64,000 nucleotides of DNA from Rhina ancylostomus (Eukaryota): positions 41,648,209 to 41,712,208 of the forward strand of contig JARFYF010000017.1 in assembly GCA_030265395.1 (NCBI GenBank), in the 5' to 3' direction. A program made the position numbers and the translations under genes. A model generated the notes under the pieces. It did no database searches. It worked only from the letters and a program-made list of their open reading frames with translations, and was not told where the DNA came from. Shown piece after piece: positions 26,275 through 36,310 of this stretch (positions within the stretch are counted from its first letter, which is position 1; each line of letters opens with the position of its first letter).

Positions 26275-26490
26275 AATAAAATGGAAAATGCTGGAAACAC
26301 TCAACAGGTCAGGAGGCATTTGTGGAAAGAGAAACAGAGTTAATGTTTTAGTTCATCAGAGCTCTGCTGAAGGGTCTCTGACCTGCAACGTTAACTGTTT
26401 CTCTTCCCACAGATGCTGCCTGACCTGCTGAGTATTTCCTGCATCTCCTGTTTTATTTCTGATTTCCAGCATTTTTTTGATTTTCAAAAA
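26275..26490. mobile_element. Penelope-derived palindromic element
   Basis: aaaatgctggaaacactcaacaggtcaggaggcatttgtgg...ccacagatgctgcctgacctgctgagtatttcctgcat. Central degenerate hammerhead-like core ctgctgaagggtctctgacctgcaacgttaactg. Confidence 0.7.
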
Positions 26491-26829
26491 CAGAAGCAGA
26501 TGCGGCTAGGTATATATAACCATTAACATGGGAACACGTGTACAATTAGAGACTACTTGGACTTGCACATTGAATGTAAACTTTGTATCTCTTTTTTTGG
26601 CACTATTCTAATTTGAAGGATGTTGTCAAGCATTGCATCTGTATTTCACTCTTCATATCATCATAACAAGTCCCCTGTGGGTCTCCCTGAAGAATTGGCT
26701 TGGCAATGCCAGATGACAGCAAACATTTGATTACATTCAAAGGAACAATAGCAATCCATGTTTAGCTGGATGCAGCTGGTGAACTGTGAAGAAGTGCCAC
26801 AGGGACTGATCACTGCCGCTATCGCTTGA

Positions 26830-27110
26830 CCCCCCCAGTGATCCTTGCCTTTCCTCAACTCTATCATTGTCTCCAATCTTCCGCTGCTCCTTCCTCCGTC
26901 ACCGTCCCCTTGCCAATTCCCTTTTGGCTTTTGCTGCCAGATTATGTTAACTCGTCCCTCTGACAGCAGTCTCCTGGAGGTTGATCCTGGTCTCTGACAC
27001 GAGCTCCTGCCTCCAGACCCAGTGACACTGAAGGCTGTCAGATCAGATGTTATTTTCAGAGGGATGGTTGAGAATTTTTGCAATCATCACAGCACAGGGT
27101 ATCAACACTG
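26830..27110 (-). mobile_element. Possible very degraded PIF/Harbinger transposase C-terminal remnant
   Basis: Minus-strand FSVTGSGG and, in another frame, HNLAAKAKRELARG loosely resemble FRCLDRSGG..LHNLA of HARBI1-type transposases. Weak. Confidence 0.3.
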
Positions 27111-29029
27111 AGGAATGGAACTCTCGTTCATCCTTGGGGATCCGAGCACTCTTGCCACATTGGCTGCCCCTTCCTAATTACCCCTCAGAAAGTGGTTTTG
27201 AGCCACTTGCTTAAAGCGCTGCTGTCCTTTTGATGAAGGTGCTGTTGGGTCGGGAGTTCCAGGCATTTGACCCAGCAATGAAGGAGTGGTGATGCATTTC
27301 CAAGCCAGACGATGTTCGACTTGAAGGGAAACCTGCAAGTGGTGGGGGTGGTGTTCCCATGCAACTGTTCCCTTGTCCTTCTTANNNNNNNNNNNNNNNN
27401 NNNNNNNNNNNNNNNNNNNNNNNNNNNNNNNNNNNNNNNNNNNNNNNNNNNNNNNNNNNNNNNNNNNNNNNNNNNNNNNNNNNNCTGTTCCCTTGTCCTT
27501 CTTAGATAGTCACAGAGGGATACAGCACAGAAACGGGCTCTTCGGCTCTCCAAACATGTGCTGACCAACTACGGCTTGGTGGTGGAGGTCACAGGTTTGG
27601 GAGGTGCTGTCGTAGCAGCCTAGGAGAGAGACTGCGTGCATTTTGTAGAGGTTATGTGCTGCAGCCACTGCACCAGAGGTGGAGGGTGTTGGATGAAGTA
27701 CCAATCAAGCAACCTACTGATCCACTTTGGTTGTGTTATTATCAAACACTAAGGTTTGGCATAGTGCAACTATTTGTACTAACTGAGAGTGAATTTTGTT
27801 TGGTGAACCCATGGGTATGAAGAACTGGGTTGAGATGATCAGAATGCACTTTATATATAATCCTTAGAGCAAACTGGGAAGGGAAACTTCCATTGACCAA
27901 GACAGAAATATTGGATTTGAGCCAAAAGTATAAAGAAAATAGGAAATACAGGCATGGGAAAGCAGAAAACACTTCCACCTTGAAGTTTTAGTGAAACATG
28001 TTAAATAAAGCAAGGTGTTCAAAGAGAATCTTTTATGCTGCAGTCTGTTTAATTCTTCCCCCAACACATGAGAATTGATTGTTTCCCTGAAGGGTATCAA
28101 CCATACTTAGCCTGTTGCTTGAAGGATAGTTTTATGCTGTCAGTTATCAATTTTGTTGGGAATTTTAGCCTTGCTCTAAGAATGTGGAAAACACAAAACT
28201 TTTCTCCTATCTAAGACGTAGTCCATATGATTAAGAATTGTAAGAGGATGTCTGTGTGTTTGTGCCTTCAGCCTACACAAGGAGCCAAATTATGACAGGG
28301 CACGTGTTAAAGGTATGGAAAGTATATCATTATGTTACTCGGTGGGTCACGGGCTTTGNNNNNNNNNNNNNNNNNNNNNNNNNNNNNNNNNNNNNNNNNN
28401 NNNNNNNNNNNNNNNNNNNNNNNNNNNNNNNNNNNNNNNNNNNNNNNNNNNNNNNNNNTCGGTGGGTCACGGGCTTTGTATAGTATGATAGAGCCTTTAC
28501 TGTAATCCATACCATTAGCTTGCATAATGCAGACAAGGGGTTACCCTCACTTGGCTGACCCACTCCATTTACCTCCATGACAGCTACTGAGTTTCTCCAA
28601 TAATGTGAACCTGTGATACATGATTGTATGCACCTAGAGGTATAAATGGGCAAGAGGAGACATAAAAAGATTACAAAGATGACAAAATTGTTTGGGCACC
28701 TATATCATGAAGATGTATTGGCTAATTCTGGCCATTTAGCTAAGATTTTTTGGTTTATTCCTTGATTACATTTTCTTTTTGTAATTCAACCAATCTTTTA
28801 CTAAAATATTTTCCAATTTCTTAAAATGTCTCTCCAATCACCATGAACGTCCTTAATTACCTTGAGGTTTTGCTACTAAATGACAGCTCAGAAACGACTT
28901 GCAAAATCATCTATCACACAATAATTCCAAAATACTTTTCCAGCACATTGCGAATGTCCCCTCTCGCACACCATCTCAATCACTTTGTGGTCTCTACACC
29001 CCAATCCAACTTCCCATTTTCAACTCCTG

Positions 29030-29170
29030 CACTCGTCCAGATGAAGGGTCTCGACCTGAAATGTCGACTCTCCATTTCTCTCCACAGGTGCTGCCTCACC
29101 TGCTGAGTTACTCCAGCTGTTTGTTTTTTGCTCCAGATTCAGGGCATTTGCAGTCCCTTGTGTCTCCACT
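29030..29170 (+). mobile_element. Penelope-derived terminal repeat arm
   Basis: gtccagatgaagggtctcgacctgaaatgtcgac..ccacaggtgctgcctcacctgctgagttactccagc. Confidence 0.65.
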
Positions 29171-30069
29171 AGTCTGTCTCGCTTCATCATCCCAGCCTCT
29201 TGTAGTGAGTGCCTCTGGTCTCTCTGCTGTCAGACCTCTCTGTTCATTCTCCCAGCCCCTAATCATCAGGACCCACCACTTTGCATTTATTCACATGGCA
29301 TTCCACATGGTGTTATTTATACTTCAAGGTGAGTGGGATACCAACCACATTAAGCTGAAAACTTAGAGCTTAAGTTTATTGAACTTGTTCCATTTCTTGC
29401 ATGAATCAGTGTTGATCCATATCCAGCACCACAAGGCTTGAACACAAGTGAATGGAAAGTCAGCCTGGGTCCGCCACCTGCACTCAAAGCCTGTACTTTC
29501 ACCATGTCCATACTTGCCACATTCCAGATGCAGAAGTCCTACCCTACTGACCCAAAGGGTCCCAGACTCCAGTGTGTAGTCTGAGCAGCAGCAGGCTCCA
29601 ATAGTGCACTCAGGATTGATGCTGTAACCTTTGATAGTTGGCAAAGCCCCAGTCCCCAGCTTTGCTGGCTTTCAAAACTGATGGATTTAAATGTCACTGA
29701 AGGACTCTAACACTCATTGACATTGGAAAACTACCAAAATAGTAAGTAATTTCAGAAAGACAAAATTTTAAAAAAATCTAAAAACACAAATAATTAAAAA
29801 TTTTAAAATAAACTTAAATAACTAAAAAAAAGAACTTACCTCGACAGTAGGTGTCTCCCTCACCACCCCCTGCCCCAAGTTGGTGGAAAACATATTATCA
29901 TTCGGATGCTTCTAAAGAACTTAGAATCATTCACTGGCCAAAGTCCATGTGAATCTGTACTTAGAAGGAGCAAGTTCATGAAATATTCGAGAGGTAACTT
30001 TAGGGAATTCAAGAAAGCAGCCACCAGGCATGAGAATTAGAGTAATTGGATTAGTGAAGCGCTATCTCA

Positions 30070-30410
30070 GGGTGGCGTGGTGGTGCGGCAACTGGTGCTG
30101 CCGTCTCACAGCTCTGGGGATCCGGGTTCAATCCTGACCTCGGTTGCTGCCTGTGTGCAGTTTGCAAGTTCTCCCTGTGACCATTTCCCCTGAGTGCTCT
30201 GGTTTCCTTCTGCATCATAAAGACATGCAGACTGGTGGGTTAATTGTCTACTGTAAATTTCCCCTTAGTTTAAGTAAGTGATAAAAGAATCCAAAGGGAG
30301 TTAATAGGCATGTGAAAGGGAATCAGCTGCAGAGCTAAAGGGAAAATAGGAGCCATAGGACAGATTAGATTGCTCTGTCAGTGCTAGCATGGACTTGATG
30401 GGTTGAATGG
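30070..30410 (+). mobile_element. V-domain SINE
   Basis: gggtggcgtggtggtgcggca..gatccgggttcaatcctgacctc..ctctggtttccttc..ggttaattgtctactgtaaatt. Confidence 0.75.
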
Positions 30411-30449
30411 ATCATAATAAGTAGATAAATAGCAATTATCATATTACTT

Positions 30450-30768
30450 CAGGCCCTTCAGCCCACCAAGTCTGTGCTGATGATCATTACCTATTTCCAT
30501 TAAACCTACACCAATTACATTTTATTCATCCCATTTTCTACTCAATTCATCCCATTTTCTACCACTCACCTACACATTAGGGGCAATTTATAGTGACCAA
30601 TTAACTTACTGACCCTGCATGCCTTTGGGATGTGGGAAGAAACCCGAGCACCCAGAGGAAACCCATGTGGTCACAGGAGAGGACGTGCAAACTCCACACG
30701 GACAGCACCGGCGGTCAGGATCGAACACAGTTCACCCGAGCTAAGAGGCAGCAGCTCTACTAGCTGCT
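30450..30768 (-). mobile_element. V-domain SINE (inverted relative to neighbour)
   Basis: ggatgtgggaagaaacccgagcacccagaggaaacccatgtggtcacagg..ggtcaggatcgaac..gaggcagcagctctac. Confidence 0.75.
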
Positions 30769-31489
30769 AAATTGCATCTGTTCGGTTTCTAATGTTGGAT
30801 ACATACAAGAGGCCATCCAGAGGAATATAAAACTACAAGAGGGAAACAACTTGACTTTATAGTTTGGCTTGATGAATTAAAAATTTGGCCCAAGTTGTCT
30901 CAGCAAGGTGGAGCTGAAGGACTGGCCATTCTGAAAATGTCAGTCAGTTCATTAGTCCCAGATCTCCTCCTATTCAAACAGGGAAATGTCAGTGCTCAGA
31001 ACAATTGTCATTTAACAAGAGCTGGGTCAGTTTGTAATCAAAGTTGGAGCTTGGTCTAAAATCTTTATGAAGTGGCAATATTTAGGGTCTTGAGAAATGA
31101 TGGTCTATCTTGAGGGGGATTGAAAGCCTAGGACAGGCGAGGCACTAAGATCGCTCCACGGGGGTGGGAAATTGTACTGGTGGGTGTGCAGAATTGCCTT
31201 TCCATTGTTAGGAATTACCACAGTGAATGCTGAGGAACCTTTGGGAAGGTAGCTAATTGACACAGCTGGTGGGAAGCTGCTGGACCCCATAATGACCAAA
31301 GCCAACATGCTGCATGCAATGTTATGTCCTATGCAGAGGAGTCAGTGAATAAAAGTGGAAGTACATGTTATAAAGCATGTAACCTATTCATGGGTGAAAA
31401 TGAGTGAGAACGGATGGCACAATATTACGTGAAGAAGAGGAGGTCCAGAAATATTTGTTTCTCCTGTTCCTTTTCCTTGTGATGAAGAG

Positions 31490-31792
31490 GAAAGCCATTC
31501 ATCCTGTCAAGTCTATGCCGGCTCTCAGAGAATCCCCATTCCCCCACTTATCTCCCGGTAACGTCTCTCACACATGCCTATCAACTTTCCACCGGTTCTC
31601 CTTCCACCCACCCACTCATGGGATGGTTTACAGCGGCCAATTAACCTACCAATTAGCGCTTCTTTGGGACGTGGGAGTAAACCGGAGCACCTGGGGGAAA
31701 TGCCATATGGTCACAATAAGGACGGGCAAACTCTACACAGACAGCGCCCCAGGGCAGAATCGAACCCAGGTCACTGTGGCTGTGAGGCAGTC
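31490..31792 (-). mobile_element. V-domain SINE
   Basis: ggccaattaacctacc..gggagtaaaccggagcacctggggg..gaatcgaacccagg..tgtgaggcag. Confidence 0.7.
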
Positions 31793-32519
31793 GCCCTTTG
31801 TGATTAAGGGGACTGTGCACCCTTGTCCGTGACTGGGGGACTGAGAGGCGCAATAGGAAAGAAGCAGATTAAAGCAACAAAGGCGCCTGTGTGAGTGATC
31901 TGCTGGAGGAAAAGATGTGCTACTCTCCTTATTTCAGTATAGAGAGAACTGCAATTCATGGAGCCTCAGTATTGCTGCAAATGGGAAAATTCTCAGTGGA
32001 GAATGAAATGAGGCTGAAGCTGGGTAAAACCCTATTGTGCTGAACCAGGTCAGATGTGGTTAATGGCTGCAACTGGCACTAAGGATTTAAGGAAAAGAAG
32101 GATGTGATTTATTCATGAAGATTCACAGACATAATATCAACAATCTCCCAACATGCAAATATAAAAAATTCTGCAAAAGACACTTAGGAGTGCAAAAGTA
32201 AGAAGGATAGAGAAGAAGTTAAAAAATTTAAATAAATTGTTGAGAGAAAGAAGAAGGGTACTTTTATTTAATATTTTCTGCTTTTATCTGAAGGCATGGA
32301 GGCTGTAATGTCTTTGCCTTTAGTCTCTCTAAATGTTTTGATTATTTATTAATTTTTCAGGATTAGGGACATCACTGATATTGATTGGCCATGACCAACT
32401 GCCCCAAGAGCAGATCCTTTATGTCATTTGCTGCAATGCAGAAGGAACCCATTCAGCCCATCGAGGCCATACTGGCTCCCTCAGTGTCATTTTCCTCTCC
32501 TTACTTCCCTGTAGCCCTG

Positions 32520-32783
32520 CCTACCAGATGAAGGGTCTTGACCTGATGCCTTGACTGTCCATTACCCTCCACTGATGCTCCCCGACCCACTGGCTCCCTC
32601 CAGCAGCTCGTTTTTTGATCCTACCAGCATGTCTTTGGGATGTGGGAGGACATCGGAGCACCCTGTAGGAACCCATCCGGTCATAGGAAGAGCAGGCAAA
32701 CTCCACATCGACAGCACCAAGGTTAGCGTCGAACCCGGGTCCCTGGAGCTGTGAGGCAGCGGCACTAACTGCTGTACCACCGC
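32520..32783 (-). mobile_element. Penelope arm (32520-32615) nested in a V-SINE (to 32783)
   Basis: ccagatgaagggtcttgacctga..ccactggctccctccagc, then ggatgtgggaggacatcggagcac..gaacccgggtccctggagctgtgaggcagc. Confidence 0.65.
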
Positions 32784-34009
32784 GGTGACTCGCAAGGCCA
32801 TTTTTCAGGGGACAGGGGTAGTTCTGCAGTCACACATAGGCCAGACCAGGTAAAGAGGGAAGATTTCCTCCCCTTAAGGACGTAAGTGAACAGGCTGGGA
32901 TTTTAACAATAATTCAGCAGCTTTTATGGTAATCAGTACTAATGATTCCAGATTATTAACTCAATTTAATTTCCACAACTTCTTAGGCTGATTTGAACTC
33001 AGGATTGTTACTCCAGACCTCTGGATTACTAGTCTACTATACCCACAGTGTGTTATGTTACTGTTTTCTGCCCCTGAAGGTTAACAGTAATGTTGTCGAC
33101 TGATAACCTGTTTAATACAAACTTCTGTTTTTCACTTTTGGATTTGGACTAATTTGTTGTGGAGAGGCACTAAAGATGGATTATAATATGAATGGTCTCC
33201 TGGTGTCCAACCTGAAATTATGGGGACAACATTGGCATTCACAGAGTTCAAAACCCACTACATTTTTAAGGTGCTGGAAAGCATATGGAAAAAAGTTCAC
33301 AAATATTAAGATGAGAGCTAGACTTCTTAACAGTGAAGTTGAGAGGCTCTTCCTCACACAAAGAATAATGGAAATATGTAACTCTTCCCCCAAAAGGCTG
33401 TGGATACTGGGTCAATTGAAATTTTCAAGACTGAGATAGATCGACAAATACTTAGATTTTTTTAATGTAAGAGCATCAGGGGATATGGAGCAAAGGCAGT
33501 TAAATGGAATTGATCTAATTGTATGGAACTAAGTCTCCAGTGTCAAGATGTTCTACTGCTCTTATGTTCCTAATTTTAATGCTGCTTTTATCACAGCTGG
33601 GTATAAGACTTTGGTGCTATTAGGGGATAAATAAGACTAGTTTTAATTGATAATTAGTTTATTATTGTCACATGGACCGAGATACAGTAAAAGATTTTTG
33701 TTTGCATGCCATCCAGACCAGAGCTTACTGCCAACAATTGTCTGACTTTAATTTCAAAGGTCATTACTTAGAGCTATCAACGAATCCAGGTTTAGGAGAC
33801 AAGTTCCCATGTACGAATGGAGCACTCTCCAGTGCATTCATACTCACATCCACATGTACAAGCACTTAAGCAGATCGTTATACTAGTATTCATATCATAA
33901 TGGGCACTCATCTGACTGTGGAATTCTGAAGAGATTTTAACTTTAAAGGTCACCTACATGCGATGTGCCTTCCTAAGCCTGGTTAAAGATGTGCTGCTAC
34001 CCTCACTCT

Positions 34010-34106
34010 GAGTAATAAACATTGTACACAAGAGGGTGGGCAATGAGTAAAGCTCCACACAAGAGGGGGTGCATTGAGTAAAGCTCCACACAACAAGGGG
34101 GGCATT
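34010..34106. repeat. Short tandem array, about 31-bp unit x3
   Basis: gagtaaagctccacacaagagggggtgcatt (34045-34075), gagtaaagctccacacaacaaggggggcatt (34076-34106), and a diverged first copy at 34010-34044. Confidence 0.8.
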
Positions 34107-34261
34107 GGATAATTCTTGGCACAAGAAGATGGACATTAAATAAAACTACATACGAGAAGGTGAGTATTGAGTGACAATATACAAAGGGGTGATTGTTGAG
34201 TTCACACAATAGCTTGTGTTCCAAGAATTATGTAAGTTAATGTAATACAATCAGGCAGTTC

Positions 34262-34545
34262 AAACAATAGAAACTGCAGAGAGTTGTGGACATAGCTCAG
34301 GACATCATGGAAACCAGCCTCCCCTCCATGGACTCTGTCTACCCTCCTCACTGCCTCAGCAAAGCAGCCAGCATAGTCAAACACCCCTCCCACCCTGGAC
34401 ATTCTCTCTTCTCCCCCCTGCCATTGGGCAGAAGGTACAAAAGCCTGAAAGCAAGTACCGCCAGGCTCAAGGACAGCTTCTATCCCGCTGTTTTAAGACT
34501 ATTGAATGGACCTCTTGTATGATAAGGTGGATTCTTGACCTCACA
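34262..34545 (+). mobile_element. Rex1/Babar LINE 3' coding fragment
   Basis: KLQRVVDIAQDIMETSLPSMDSVY..KAASIVKHPSHPGHSLFSPLPLGRRYKSLKASTARLKDSFYPAVLRLLN. Confidence 0.8.
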
Positions 34546-34547
34546 AC

Positions 34548-35120
34548 ACACACAAAATGCTGGAGGAACTCAGCGGGTCAGGCAGCATCTATGGAGAGAA
34601 ATAAACAGTCGACGTTTCAGGTCAAGACCCTTCATCAGGTCTGGAAAGGAAGAGGGCAGAATAAGAAGGTTGGGGGAAGGGGAGGAGCACACGCAGGTAG
34701 TTGATGGGTGAGTGTAGGTGAGGGGGAAAGGCAGGGGGGTAGGGGAGGGGGNNNNNNNNNNNNNNNNNNNNNNNNNNNNNNNNNNNNNNNNNNNNNNNNN
34801 NNNNNNNNNNNNNNNNNNNNNNNNNNNNNNNNNNNNNNNGAAGGAGGTGGGGAATAGATAGGTAGGTCATGATGTCAGGGAAAGGGGGGAGGGGGACACA
34901 GGGATGAGGGAAGACAAAGGGGAGGGGAGGGGTGGGAAATCTCCCGGTGGCCGTGCACTTCAATTCCACATCCCACTCCCATACTGCCATATCTATCCAT
35001 GACCTCCTCTACTACCACAGTGATACCAGATGTAGGTTGGAGGAACAACAACTCATATTCTGACTTGGTAGTCTCCAACCTGGCAGCCTCAACATCGATT
35101 TCTCTCATGTTCGGTAACCC
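34548..35120. mobile_element. Penelope-like element: inverted terminal arm, purine tract and GIY-YIG-region C-terminal remnant
   Basis: Arm cacaaaatgctggaggaactcagcgggtcaggcagcatct. At 34945-35115, PVAVHFNSTSHSH..LEEQQLIF*LGSLQPGSLNIDFS. Similar remnants at about 21170-21340, 36770-36920 and 47860-48010. Confidence 0.65.
34606..34643 (-). ncRNA. Candidate minimal type I hammerhead ribozyme (Penelope-type)
   Basis: Minus strand reads cagac CUGAUGA agggucuugaccu GAA ACGU C gacug. Both conserved core boxes are intact, stem II is a hairpin, stem III is the palindrome ACGU, GUC is the cleavage triplet, and stem I pairs 4/5. Confidence 0.5.
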
Positions 35121-35959
35121 TCCCCTCTTGTCCCCCCCTTCCCCGCCCCCCCCCCCCATATTAGCAGTTCAGTCCTCGATCCCTTCCACGAACTTCATCA
35201 GGCTCTGGCAGATGTGCTTGCTCAGGGGCGTGACCTGCAGTGCACAAGGGTTTGGGTGAATGTAATCTGCTGAATCAGCAGATATAAAAAAGTTGTGGGA
35301 TCCCGATGGAGGGGAAGATGTCACGACAGGAACAAGTATGTAGGCCAAATCCACCCTTGTCATGCCAAAGAGTTGGAGGTTCTGCTCCTGAAACTTCTGC
35401 AAAGGAGAGCATGCAAAAGGGACTGACCTTTGCCCTACAGTTATTGCAGTTACATGGAAGGGGTTGCTACTGTACTGAATGTCATCATGCGTGACCTTAG
35501 ATCAGGAACCTTGTGGTTAGTTGGGTAAACTTCTTGCAGGGCCTGTTGACCATGTAAAAACTCAAGATGAAACTAAAAGTTCCTCTTGTTAGTTGTCCAA
35601 GAGAATATATTTTGCATGAAAGAAAGTGGTTTATATGAAATCAACTGTTAAATATTTCCTTAAAAGCCATTTCCCCCCCCCCCTTCTTTCACCCATCTGA
35701 TATCATGCATCTTTTTCCAATAAGAAAGGTAAGGGCATAGCTCATTTTGATATTTTCCATATTTCCTTACAATAAAGGAGGTTATTCAGCCCATCGAGTC
35801 CATGCCAACTCACAGAGCAATCCGATTCCCCCACTAATTTTCCCAGTAAACTATTCTCCTCACATTCCCATCAATTCTACCACTTGCCTACATGCTGGGA
35901 GCAATTAACAATCGCCACTATACCAACTCGTTTCCAGAACACTTCCAATCTGGTAATTA

Positions 35960-36310
35960 TTAACAAACAATCTGCTGCAGGGACACAGTGGTTTGAGCAG
36001 CATCTGTGGGGGGGGGGGGGGGAGGAATTGTCAACGTTTCAGGTTGAAACCCTGCATCAGAANNNNNNNNNNNNNNNNNNNNNNNNNNNNNNNNNNNNNN
36101 NNNNNNNNNNNNNNNNNNNNNNNNNNNNNNNNNNNNNNNNNNNNNNNNNNNNNNNNNNNNNNTCACCACTCCACTCTCAGTCCCGATGCAGGGTTTCAAC
36201 CCGAAACATCGACAATTCCTTTCCCCCCACAGATGCTGCCTGATCCACTGAGTTCCTCCAGCAGATTGTCTGTTGCTCCAGATTCCAACATCTGCAGTTT
36301 TTTACGTCTG
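35960..36310. mobile_element. Penelope-derived palindromic element (gap in centre)
   Basis: Left arm caacgtttcaggttgaaaccctgcatcag; right arm ccgatgcagggtttcaacccgaaacatcgac..cacagatgctgcctgatccactgagttcctccagcagattg. Confidence 0.7.

Noticed and set aside
29835-29900. Strong minus-strand donor (GAG|GTAAGT) next to an A-rich tract
   Set aside because: I found no upstream acceptor or coding frame; it is likely chance or repeat-derived.
34010-34106. CRISPR-like appearance of 31-bp repeats
   Set aside because: The units are directly tandem with no unique spacers, there are no cas genes, and the context is vertebrate.
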